From assembly GCA_001724265.1 (NCBI GenBank), contig MEDY01000234.1, positions 1 through 46,825 on the forward strand: a stretch of DNA of 46,825 nt. The letters run 5' to 3'. The translations under genes and the position numbers were made by a program. The notes below the pieces were generated by a model, which was given only the letters and a program-made list of their open reading frames with translations, had not been told where the DNA came from and did not search any database. The stretch is from Rhizaria sp. SCN 62-66 (Eukaryota). Within the stretch, counting starts at the first letter, position 1. Every line of letters begins with the position of its first letter. Of this stretch, positions 35,445 to 46,380 are shown one piece after another.

Positions 35445-37499
35445 ATGAGCGTGATTAAAGCGGGCACCAAGGTGCTCCCCCCGCACGTCTTCGCCAATTC
35501 CTGGCCGATCACAGACCAGCTCATGCTTTGCGAGTGCGTCGTGCGCCTCCTCACCCACGCCTCCTCCGTCTCCGGCGGCGCCCCCGCCACGGCGGTTGAC
35601 TGGGCCCTCATCGTCGCCACCGTCGCCGCCCGCTCCGGCTCCGCCGCGCGCGCCGCCGAGACCCCCGCGTCGTGCCAGGAGCAGTACGCCACGCTTGCCA
35701 CGGCCCTCGCGCGCTCTATCCCGGGCGCGCCGTTCCCCGACGCGCTGTCCCTCGCAGCGCGCGCCGTGCTCTACCTCAAGGACATCCGCATGAAGGACCT
35801 CGCGCGCGACTTAGTCTCGTGCAAGGACAACATGCGTGTGTTTCGCGCCGACGTTGACTTCGCCGACGGCCGCGCGCTTGATCCAGCCCTGCTGCAGCCC
35901 GCGGCCTCGGCCCTGCCCGCGCCGCCACCCATGCAGGTTCAGTTCATCTTCCCCCACGCCACTCCGTCCGCGGTTCCTCTCCCGGTCCCCAACGTCCCCG
36001 CCACGCCCGGCAGCGCCGGCAGCGCCGGCGCCGGAGCCGCGGCTGCTGCGGCGGCGGCGGCGGCGCAGATGTTCGCCGTTCTCTCCCCCGCAGACACGCG
36101 CGCGCTGCTGCCCCACGTGGAAGGACTTGACCCCGCAACGGGGCTGCCCCGCGGCGCCGCATCGCTGGACGAGGTCGTGGGGCTGTCGCTGTCGACGACG
36201 CACGTGCCCGTGGTGGTACGCGTGACCGCGCGCACCGCCTCGCGCCCTCTCCTCGCGCAGATTGTCGCCGAGGTCCGCGCCCACCCCAAGGCGGGCCCCT
36301 TCCAGCGGCCCGTGCAGTTGGAAGAAGCGCCGCGGTATCTCGAGGTGATCCGCCGGCCCATGGACCTGGGCACCGTGGCCGCGCGCGTCGAGAGCGGGGA
36401 GATCGCGCACGCATTCGCGCTGTTCGAGCTGCTGTGCACGATCTGCACCAACGCCTACACGTACAACGCCAAGAACGCAGACATCTGGCTCATGGCCAAA
36501 GAGGTCGACGTCTTCATCTCGCAACTTTTCCAGAACGCGTTCCCCGAGCTGGCCGACATCTTCCCGCCCTCGACGGCCGACTCGCGCCGCGGGCTCAAGC
36601 GCCCGAAGCCGCAGCGGCCCGGAGCGGTGCTGCCGCCTGTGCCTGTTCCCGGGCACGCCGAGGAGCCCGCCGATGCGGCGGCTGTGGCGGCGCTGAACAA
36701 GCACTCCGGCAACCAGTCCAGCACTGTCACTCCCGCGGGCGCTGGCGCTGGCGGCTACGCTGCTCCCGCCGCCGCCGCTGCTGCTGGTGTTGTTGGTGGT
36801 GTTGCGCCTGCTGCTGCCGCTGCTTCTATGGTTAAGATGGAGGATGCTAACAACGCTGCTGTTGCTGCTGCCTCTGCGGTGCCCATGGTGAAGGCCGAGC
36901 CTGCTGCCGCTGCTGCTGCCTCTGAGGCCGCTGCGCCTGCGTCCCTGCTTGCCTCCGCCCCCTCACTCCTTTCCTCCTCGTCATCCTCGTCCTCGTCGTC
37001 GCTGCCTGTGACCGGCTCTGTCAGCTCGACTGGGTCTTTGACTGGGACCTCGGGGTCTGGCTCCGGGTCGCTGCCGACGGTGCCGGAGGACGGCGTGCCG
37101 GTGCAGCTGGCGCAACCCCAGCCCTACTCGGCTAGCGCGCTCGCCTCCATGCAGCCGGGCCAGAGCCAGAGTCAGAGCGGGGGGCAAGGCCAGGGGATCC
37201 CGCCCCTCAGCCGCGGCTCCAGCGCCGCCGCTGGTGCCACGGGCACGCCGCAGTCGCGCCCGCGGCGGCCGCGGTCTACCTCCCCGGCCCCGCAGCAGAT
37301 GGCTCTCGACGGGAGCAATGGCGGCGCCGAGGGCCGCGCGTCGCCGGACCCGCTACCGCAGCCGCAAGTGAAGCGGCCGGCCCGCACCCCGCGCAGCGCC
37401 GCCGCCGCCGCGGGGGGCGCGGGCGCTGCGGCGACGGCGGCGGCGGAGGAGGACGAGCTGGCGGCGGGCAAGCGCACAACTCGCGCCAGTCGCGGTTGA
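35445..37499 (+). CDS. BRD8-like bromodomain protein (N-terminal SANT/Myb-like region plus bromodomain)
   Basis: Bromodomain HPKAGPFQRPVQLEEAPRYLEVIRRPMDLGTV...ICTNAYTYNAKNADIWLMA (~36250-36545) with the conserved Asn. N-terminal WPITDQLMLCECV...DWALI...PASCQEQYATL resembles the BRD8 N-terminus. Ends in TGA. Confidence 0.8.
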   Translation: MSVIKAGTKVLPPHVFANSWPITDQLMLCECVVRLLTHASSVSGGAPATAVDWALIVATVAARSGSAARAAETPASCQEQYATLATALARSIPGAPFPDALSLAARAVLYLKDIRMKDLARDLVSCKDNMRVFRADVDFADGRALDPALLQPAASALPAPPPMQVQFIFPHATPSAVPLPVPNVPATPGSAGSAGAGAAAAAAAAAAQMFAVLSPADTRALLPHVEGLDPATGLPRGAASLDEVVGLSLSTTHVPVVVRVTARTASRPLLAQIVAEVRAHPKAGPFQRPVQLEEAPRYLEVIRRPMDLGTVAARVESGEIAHAFALFELLCTICTNAYTYNAKNADIWLMAKEVDVFISQLFQNAFPELADIFPPSTADSRRGLKRPKPQRPGAVLPPVPVPGHAEEPADAAAVAALNKHSGNQSSTVTPAGAGAGGYAAPAAAAAAGVVGGVAPAAAAASMVKMEDANNAAVAAASAVPMVKAEPAAAAAASEAAAPASLLASAPSLLSSSSSSSSSSLPVTGSVSSTGSLTGTSGSGSGSLPTVPEDGVPVQLAQPQPYSASALASMQPGQSQSQSGGQGQGIPPLSRGSSAAAGATGTPQSRPRRPRSTSPAPQQMALDGSNGGAEGRASPDPLPQPQVKRPARTPRSAAAAAGGAGAAATAAAEEDELAAGKRTTRASRG

Positions 37500-37505
37500 G
37501 AGTCC

Positions 37506-37530
37506 ACTTGACTTGACTTGACTTGACTTA
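37506..37530 (+). repeat. (ACTTG)4+ pentanucleotide microsatellite just after the bromodomain gene stop
   Basis: ACTTGACTTGACTTGACTTGACTTA read directly. Confidence 0.9.
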
Positions 37531-38459
37531 AGCTCGTACATGACTTGAGCAAGATACTAGGACTACCTCTTTTTTACGATGTCAACATCTCATCAAGCGT
37601 GTTAAGTGTAGTCAGCTGCGCTCTGCTTGTATGTGTGTCTGGTAGTCTTGTTGTTGTTTGTTGCCTCTCTTTGTTGAATCGCTCTTTCTGATGTTTATAT
37701 TTACCACACGCTACCGTTGTTACGGGGGCCAGTTTCAGCTTTTCACGCTCGATATCACACGGCTAATAGGCGCTGCGCCGCGCAGCAGACTTGCTGCGCA
37801 TGGCTCGAAAGAAATGCGATTTATTGTGCAACATTTGTTTGGTTAGTTGAAAATACTGTATTGCTCTTCGAATCAGTTTCCAAACTCGTGTAATAAACTC
37901 GTGCAATACTGCTCAGTGTTTTCCGAGTAAGCTGAACTCGACCACAAACGAGTTCTTAAACCACTGATACAACATACTCAATGATTTCACACTGAAGTAT
38001 ATAAGCACAAGCAAGTGAAGATGCAATGTAAACATGATTTTACCTGGATGTATATCATACATTTGCTGTATGGCTCTCAAACATGAAGTTATCATCTAAA
38101 AACGTCGTACTCGACCACAGGTACTGTGAGGAAATCGATCAATAGGAGAAAGTTAGCGCTCCACTAGAACAAACACATTAGAAATAGGAGGCCGTGTGTC
38201 CAGCTAAACTGATTATATCTAAAAAATGCATCGGTTTCAAAGTTAGATGCATGACAATTGACAAATGTGAGTGGTGACCATGGAGCTGGTTGTTTTGACG
38301 TGACCGTGAGCGAAAACAGTTCTCCAATCGTTGTGAAAACATCATGCAGATCTTCTTATCCCGTCGTCACGTTGTAAATACGTAAGGCTCATGTGAACAT
38401 GCACTACTATTTTTTTCATTTTCTTTAATAATATCTTCCTCTCTCTCGATCTAGACGCT

Positions 38460-39632
38460 ATGGGCCATTATCATTTGGGCCTGTAGGGCACACTCGGCCT
38501 GCTCTACATCTGCTTCTCTTTCCTCGTCATCTGCGCTCTCATCGTTCCTCTGACGCCGCAAACGAAGCGCAGTATCGGACCTCCAATTACTGAGATTGCC
38601 CGCATTCTGGCATACGCGACCATTGTTCCTTTCCTCATCACTCTGAGTGGTAAGTTTCGCTCTCGTCTCCATTCCGCTTCGCTCACGCGCTATGTTCCTC
38701 CACTCTGCTCTCACACTACACGCTCTAATATCTATTTGCTTCCCGCGTAGCTGTGTACTCGATGGATAGTGCGGCCAAGGACTACGACCTGCACCGCCTT
38801 ACATCGCACATGTTCGACAAAATCGCATACCGGGTACGCTTAAAAGTAAATCTCAGTGACTATCTCTTCATATCTTCCCTCTTGTCTAGTCACTTCGCGC
38901 GTGTCGTACCCAGTCTATGCAGTCCCCCAGTTTGGTCTCAGTGTAGCGCTCAGTAACGCCAACCCAGGTCTACGCGTCCAGCATCTATGCAGCCTCTTGG
39001 TAATGTCTCAGTGCTGCGTTTGCGGCGAAGTTTGCTTCGTCCTGGTTGTCTCAGTCGCTGTGCTTTGTAACCATGTAACGACCGTCAGCCTGAGCAGCTT
39101 TGCAGTGTGACTGACATCATGACAGTCTCGAGTGACGGCATCCGTGGAACACGCTAGATGCACAGACGTCTGAAGGTTTTTACCGCTGCATACTTTTACA
39201 CATGTCCCACACCAGATCTCATACTGTACTATACGCTCCTGCAAGTAGATATTACTATGCCCTTAAACTCGCTTAGACATCTTGCTCTGTCCTCACTCGT
39301 GTTCACCTTACTCCTACTGATCTCCTGGAACGCGTGCACATATTAATCACACAACAACACAACAGGAGTTGCGCGCGCAGCGTGACGCGCTCGTGGGCGT
39401 GTTCGGCCTCATGCTGGCCCCCGTCCTCTTCACCCTCCGTGCGCAGTTCATCGGAGGCAGCCTTTTCCCCGACGAGGACGCCGCCACGCCCGCCGCGCGC
39501 GCCGCAGCGGTCGCCGCGGCAAACAGGGGCGCAGCCGGTGGCAGCAACGGCGCGAGCAGCAGCAGCAGCAGCAGCAACGGGCAGCCGATTGTCGGCGGCA
39601 AGAGGATGTCTGTCCCGCAAAGCGCAAAGTAA
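38460..39632 (+). CDS. BAP31/BAP29 (Yet)-like 3-TM ER membrane protein; exons 38460-38649, 38751-38833, 39366-39632; probable in-frame TAG at 38484-38486
   Basis: Spliced product MGHYHLGL*GTLGLLYICFSFLVICALIVPL...ILAYATIVPFLITLSAVYSM...FDKIAYR|ELRAQRDALVGVFGLMLAPVLFTLR mirrors BAP31 (MSLQW...LLLCIPF ... KLFRAQRNLYIAGFSLLL). Introns GTAAGT..TAG and GTACGC..CAG keep the frame. Ends in TAA. Most of the gene is missed by the ORF track. Confidence 0.7.
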
Positions 39633-39905
39633 ATGCGCTTCTATTTCAAAAAGAAATTTTCAATCAATGAATCACATGCACTTTAATACATAGCCAACCC
39701 TGTTATTTGTCTTATAATGACTTAACTGTGCAATAAACCTTAAAATGATTTTTGGCCAAAGCGAGGCTCGAATTGGCGCCCCTGTCAAGTTGAATTTCGA
39801 AACTGACACAGTGATCTAACGAGACCGTCATTGGCGTTGCTAACTTAACTCTGGAAGAAAACTCACATGAATGACCTTGTATTTTTAATTATGTCCTCTC
39901 CACAG

Positions 39906-42900
39906 ATGGACTTTTAGCGCTACGTCTCAGCGCGCCAGCGCCTGGAGGAGTTCATCCACGCGCTCAACGTGGTCGAGGCGGCGCAGTCCGCCGCGGGCCC
40001 CCAGCAGCCCCACCTGGCTGACGAGGACTCTGACGCGCTGTGGCACCTGCAGGCGAGCGACAGCTCCGGCGGCTACGGCCCCAGCGGCGCGGTGCCGCTG
40101 CTGTCGGCCGAGGAGCACGACGAGGCGCTGCGGCAGCGGATTCGGGCGATGATCCGCGATGGCGCGCTCACTGTCACGTTCCAGCACGAGCCGCTGCCGC
40201 TGTCGGAGCAGCTGCACCGCGAGCGCACGTACCTCGCGCGCACCATCTTCAACGCAGTAGGCGAGCCGCAGGTGCCGCGGTACCCGGGCGAGGAAGGGCT
40301 CTTCGTGCCCCCGCGGACCGAGATGCCCGACTGGGACATGTACAAGCTCTACTCGCGTCTCTCCCGCGAGGACCCGCGGCGCACGTTCTTCTTTGACGAG
40401 AACGGGCACATGATCCACGCCCCCGAGCAGCGCGGCGACCCCCTCTCCCGCGTGTTCGAGCTGCGGGACCCGTTCCTCCCCCCGGACCCGCGTCTCGCGG
40501 TCGTGGTCAACGCGCCCCAGCAGCGCGCGCAATCACGGCAATGGCTGCCGCTGGTGCTCAACGTCGCGCGCGTGCGCGTCGAGGACCACCCGCTGTTCAC
40601 GCTGGAGGACCGGCTCTGCGTCGCACTGCGGCGCGAGGTAGAGCGGTGGCACCGCCGCCGAGCTGTCGACGTCACGCAGCACTACACATCGCGCATCGCG
40701 GCGCTGCGGGCACGGGTCGAGGGGCAGGTGCAGCGCCTACAAGCCATCCTCGCCCGCCTCGCCGCCCCGCGCCCGCCCTCCGAAAATCACAACAACAGCC
40801 ATAACAGCGGCGGGGGGGACTCTGGGGAAGGGGAGACGTTGCAGGCGCTTAAGGCCGTTTGCGCGAGCGCTGTGCAGGAGGTGCTTTCGGGGCTGGCGCG
40901 GCTCAAGGAGGCGCGTGTGGCGCGCGACGAGGAGTGGGCGGCTGAGCAGCGGCACTTCGCGGATATCTACGCGGCGTGGCAGCGCGTCAAGGCGTTTCGC
41001 GAGCAAACAGGCGCTGTCTATGCCAGCATGGGCTACAACCTCGCCACCACCCTCACCAACAACACGATGAACACGAATACACCGACACCGACGGGAGAGG
41101 GTGGGAGCATCGTGAGCCCGCGCGAGGGCGTCGCCTCGGCCTCTGCCGCGGCCCAAGGCGCCGCGCCGGCCGCCTATGTCGGTTTCCCTCTGTCGCTCAA
41201 AGTCCGCCGTACGGCCACGGACCACGCGGCCGAGCTTGCCGCGTGGCGCAACGACGAGCTGGCCGAGCTGGACGAGGCCCGCCGCGCGCGCGAGCTGCTC
41301 AACGTGCTCGAAGACCTCGAAGAAGAAGCCAATAACAGCAGCGCCGACGCTCAGTACGGCGGTAAGAAGCCGAGTTTGGAGCAGTTAATGTTTTCCGACG
41401 GCGGTGCGGCGCTGCAGGCGCAGCTGGCGGGGCTGGACGAGGACCAGCGCGCGCGGCAGCTTGCCGTCTGGGAGGCTGAAGTCCGCCGCGAACGGTTCGC
41501 CGCCAGGGAGAAGCAGCGGCGGCGGGCGTTTGACGCGACTGGCGAGTTCGAGCGCGTCCGCGCGCGCATGTTGGCCTCGCGCCGGCCGCCCGGACGCCCG
41601 CTGCTGGAGCCGCTGCTGGATCTGAGCACGCCCGTGACGCCCGAGGCCTCGTGCCCGCCCGCCGAGGTCAAGCGGCGGCAGCGGATCGGGTCCACGCTGC
41701 TGTACGTGACGCTCCACGTCAACGGCCGCCCCGTGGCCGCGGGCGACAAGGCTCCCCTCCGCTTCCCGCAGTGGACGGCCGACGTCAACTTCGCGGCGCG
41801 GCTCCAACTCACGGCGGCGCCGCGGTCCGTGGTGTTTGCTCTGCGCCAGGACGCGCTGTTCACGGACCCCGTGCTGGCCGAGTTCTTCCTGCCCGTGCCC
41901 GACCTCGCAGCGCAGCCGCACCTGCGCGAGGTCACCGCCGCCGGCCGCCGCTTTACCGCGCCGCTGCCCGCGCCCGACGCGCCCGCTGACCGCTTCCACG
42001 AGGTGTCAGCCGTGTGCTCGGCGTTCTGGAACGTCCCGGCGCACGTGCTGAAGGATCCTGACGTCCTGCGCGCGTTTGCTGCGACCAACGACGTCTCGCT
42101 CCCGGCGCCGACCTCGCACCGACGCGGCGGCGGCGCGGCGGCGGCGGCGCACCAAAGGGACCTGGCGAGCATCGACCCGAACGACCCGCGCAACGCGCTG
42201 CTGGCCGATCTCGCCCGCCGCGGGGATCCCCTGCGCGCCGCGGCCGTCGCCACCGCCGCGGACTCCAATGGCGGGAGCAGCGGCGGCGGCTTCTCGGGAT
42301 GGGAAGTGTGTCCTGACTTACTGCTTGTCAACGAGGAGTACTACGTGCCGTCGGCGCGCAAGCGGCTGCTGCGCGCGCGGCGCGACGCATTGTTTCTCCG
42401 CGAGCCCGTGCCTCTGCGCGAGGACCAGTTCTCCGAGGAAGCCTTGGCCACACTGGCGCGCTTGGCCGAGACCGAGACCGGCGACGGCGACGGCGACGGC
42501 TCCGTCGGGGCGCACGGCCGCGGCGAGCCCGGCTTCTCGGCCGTCACGGCCATGGCCAAGCGCGTGCAGGATCTCACGGGCCCCGGCTTAACTTACGACG
42601 GAACCGGTGAGTCAGGGGTTCCCGGCGGTCCCGTGCCCGCGTCCGTGGCGGACAACGCGGCGCGCATGCCCTCAGCGGCGGCACTGGCGGCGCTGCGACA
42701 GTCTCTCGCCGGCGACGCCGCCACCGGGCCCGTCGACCTGCACGCGCTGGAGCGGCCTCTGGTGCTGCCGTCGGCGGACGCGGCGGCCGCAGAGGCGCAC
42801 CGCCGCCGCGAGGAGCGCTACTACGGCGTCGCGCTGCCCAACAGCAGTGGCAATAGCGGCAACAATATCGGCGCTGCGGTGACCGTGGGCGGCGGTCGCG

Positions 42901-45491
42901 CTGCAGAGAACGGCGCGCTTGTGCTGGCCGGTAGTGCGGCGTCGGGGACGGCGATGGGACTGGTTGATGGGCGCACGGGCGACCGTGACCTCGCGACTGC
43001 CCTGGGGCTAGTCGGCGCGCGCAACGAGCTTGCCGTGACCGACGTGAGCGACGTCGTGTACGAGCAAGTGAACCCTGACCTGGTGATGACGTCCACGTTC
43101 ATGCGCGACCTGTTCCGCCCCGTGCGGCCGCTATTTGTGTACCGCGACGACGTGCGCGCGGTGACGAACCCGCGGTCGTGTGCGCTCGTCTGCCAAGTGC
43201 TCCGCGCCAGCAACGTCCCACTGCGGACGTCCGCATCCGCGTCCTCGTCCTCCTCGGGGCCGGCGCTGGTGCCGGGACAGACGCGTGAGGCCCGTGAGGG
43301 CGCACGCGCGGCCGCGCTCAACTGCGTCGTACAGGTGTCGTTCCAGGAGAGCGTGCGCAAGACGAGCCCGGCCGCGGGGCCACACCCGCGGTGGCAGGAA
43401 GTGCTGCATTTGCCGTTCACGACGCCGAACGACAGCTACGACGCCGCGTCGCTCCTGCAGCTGCAGTCGCCCGTGCTCGTTGCGCTCTATGACCAGGTGA
43501 CCGTGAGCAACGAGGTCATCGATGCGCGGTTCCAGCGCACTCAGCTCGCCAGCGTCGATTTGCGCTATCTGGGCAGTGTTGAGATCCCGTTCAGCACCAT
43601 CTTCGCCGCGTCCACCATCGAGGGCGCCTTCGAGGTCCGGTTTTTTGCAATTAACAAAGAACAAGCTCTTCTTTTTATTCATGCTAAGTGTTAATTTTTT
43701 CACTCACATTTATATCTTCTCGTATTTTCTCGCTTTGTTGTTTCATCGTTTTCTCAGGTCGAGGTGCCGCTGTTGCACCTGGGCTACCAGACGCCAAACC
43801 CGGCAGTGCCGACGGTCGTCCACCTGTACCTGACTCTGGACCCGCTGCTGATGCCGCCGCGCTCCGACCCCTACGCGGCTCTGCTGGCGGCACCCGCCGC
43901 GGCGACCACGTCGACGGACTCGTCCGCGTCGGCGGGTCTGGTGGACACGCTTCCGACCGCGGCGACTGCTGGCGGCGGGCTGAACCCGGCGTTCCGCAGG
44001 GTAATCGAGTGGGCTCAGCGCGCGTCGGCCGCGGCTGGGCGCGAGGTGCGGCCACTGGTTGGCGACATCAACGGCGAGCCACAACTCGTGACGCGCTTCC
44101 TCACCGCGCAGGCCCCACCCGCGGCGTGCCAGGGCCACCCGCGCGTGTTTGCTCGGTTCGTCTCGCTCGTGCCGTTCGTCGAGGACTACCGTCTGCCGCT
44201 GGGCGGGGACGCGCCCGCCGCCGCGCTGCCCGACGTCTGGTGCACCTCTGCGCAGTTCCTCCGGCTCTCGGGCGGCGACTGGGAATAGCACGCGGTGTTG
44301 CTGTGCAACTACTTCTACTGGTGGGAGGCGCAGACGCGCGAGGCGGACCGGCTGCAGGGTATTGTGTGGGAGACGTTCCTCGCCGTCGGCACCGCTGTGC
44401 CTGAGGGAGACACGTGCTACTGCCTCCGCATCAAGAAAGTCGTACGTCCTCAATCTATCTGTTTCTCCGATAATTTCATTCACTTTTTTCTTTTTAACGC
44501 TCGACACTTACATGCGCGTTTCTGATCTCATTTTTGATAGCATGCTTTTTTATGTTGCTTTTATTTTTGTTTGTTTTTGTTTTTAGAATGGCGCTGTCAA
44601 GGAGCAGACGCTGTACAACGCCGTGACGCACCGCGCCTACGCCACCTCATACGACTCGGCTCTCTTGCCGCTGAAGGAGATCTCGATGCTGGCGTGCCGC
44701 GACAACGTCTACGCGAACCTGCAGGAGTCAGCCGCGCCGGTGGACATGAGCTTCGACGTGACTGACGCGCGCGCGTGGGCTCCGCTCTTCACAGCCAAGT
44801 TCGACGTCTTCGCGTACAACCGGCTCTACGGCGCCGCGTACACGACCCTGCAGACGGACTTGCGGCTGTCGTACGAGCCGGACCCGCGGCCCGCGGCGGT
44901 GCTGCTGGCGGCCGCGGCGGCGCGCTGGGGCGAGTTCGGCCGCCGGCTCGAGCGCATCCTGCAACGTGCGTTCGAATCCTGGCGTGTGCTGCCCACCGAG
45001 TGGAACTACGGCGCCGCGAAGTTAGGCCGCGAAGTGCTGGCGCAGCTCGAGGCCGTTGAGGTTGGTGAGGCAGACGATCTGCGGGACCGTGGGCCTGTGG
45101 CGAAGCTCAAGGCCGCGTTTGCATCGGCGCACGGGTTTCCGCTGCATTTCTCCTGCGCTGCAGACGACGAGGTATGTCGTGTGATTAATGTAATCATCAA
45201 CGATCGACGTATTTCAACGTATTTCTGATATGAATTATTTGCTTTGTTTATTGTATCTCACTGTAACTTCACTTTTGTTCACTGTTTTGTTTGTTTTGCA
45301 CGGTTTAGACTCTATTGGAGCCGTCGACGAAGAATCCCATCGTGCGCAGGCTGCGGACAACCCTGCTGCATCTGAACGAGGAGCCCAACACGGCCTTTGT
45401 TGTTGCCGTACACACACAGCCCTACACGAGCAAGTTCGCCTCTGTCTGGGTGTTTGTTGCCGCGCTCTCCTCCGCGCCCATTGACGCCTAA
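39906..45491 (+). CDS. CC2D2A: CC2D2A/MKS6 ciliary transition-zone protein (coiled coil, C2 domains, C-terminal CEP76-like transglutaminase-like domain); exons 39906-43634, 43758-44441, 44587-45171, 45309-45491; in-frame TAGs at 39915-39917 and 44286-44288
   Basis: Motifs EDHPLFTLEDRL, IDPNDPRNA, C2 (VLRASNVPLR...VQVSFQ...GPHPRWQEVLHLPF), ARFVSLVPF...DVWCTSAQFL...GDWE*HAVLLCNYF, PEGDTCYCL, DNVYANLQ, GFPLHF and C-terminal FVVAVHTQPYTSKFASVWVFVAAL match CC2D2A. Three frame-preserving GT-AG introns. Ends in TAA. The 5' end may include an upstream exon (CACAG acceptor-like site at 39901-39905). Confidence 0.92.
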
Positions 45492-46380
45492 ACACACAAT
45501 GTTGCAACCACTATTGACTGATGCCGTCATTTGATGCTATAAGTCATTGGTGCTCAGTTGACGCGGCCGCGCGTATATCGGGGTTGAAATGTGTTTATAT
45601 ATTGTTTAATCGAGAGAAATAAATAGCTACATAGTGAATGAGTAATACACAAAGTGATTGTCGTGACAAAACTGCATTGTATTTCAGACTTCCGACTCAT
45701 GATGCGAGCGGCATCTCAGGATACAATAGCCATTATACTGTCATTTTGGTATCTATAATTTTGTGGAAGACATGGCACGAAACGAGATTCGATGCATATG
45801 CAGATCACTGAAAGAAGTTATAGATGAGTAAACAAACGCAGATAAAATATGCTGAGATAGGATAGAAAAGAGAATGTTTGTGTTCTCAATCGTGCGACGC
45901 GTTCTTCATATGTGCGCATCGAACAAATTAAGACATTAAAAAGCAGAAATGGCGCAAGTTCTTAAACAACAACAAACATGGGACAAGAGAATTTTTAAAC
46001 AAGCTCGACTTCGGTATAACTTGCTTAAAGTCGCGCTAGTACTCGCGCATCTGGACAGTTATTATCTGAAAAGAAATTTAACGATCATATGCTGCAACAA
46101 CATCGGTAATGACAAGACTGCCGCCAGTTGTCAGCAAGAAAAACATACAAAGAGGAAAGAGAAAAGACGCCGTCTTTAGAATCCAACAAGACAATAAGCA
46201 ACAATGGCTTGTGCAGACTTCATTTGCGCAAGTTGCTGCTGATGTAAAGAGACTTAAAATAGATCGTTCATATACGTACACAGCAAAAAAACAACTGCAT
46301 GCGTGCAATTAAGCGCGGCTATGATTAAGGAGAAGATTGAATAAAACAAACGTATTGACAAAAAAATATGCAAGGAATGA

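Noticed and set aside
14789-37552. Many long antisense and alternate-frame ORFs (e.g. 28989..31196, 25418..27256, 17957..19486)
   Set aside because: These are shadow ORFs of stop-poor, GC-rich, GCN-repeat coding DNA with no domain motifs.
39836-39849. X-box (RFX)-like GTTGCTAACTTAAC upstream of CC2D2A
   Set aside because: The second half-site deviates from the RGYAAC consensus, so a chance match is likely.
737-44288. Interpreting the TAG-containing genes as pseudogenes
   Set aside because: Six of 13 genes are affected, yet there are no frameshifts or TAA/TGA disruptions, splice sites are intact, and conservation persists downstream of the TAGs (CC2D2A, ACOT). Systematic C>T or G>T read error is not fully excluded without the reads.
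44286-44288. TAG as pyrrolysine, or as Trp via A-to-I editing
   Set aside because: The contexts are acidic or polar positions and disordered regions, not catalytic Pyl sites or conserved Trp columns. Pyrrolysine is not known in eukaryotes.
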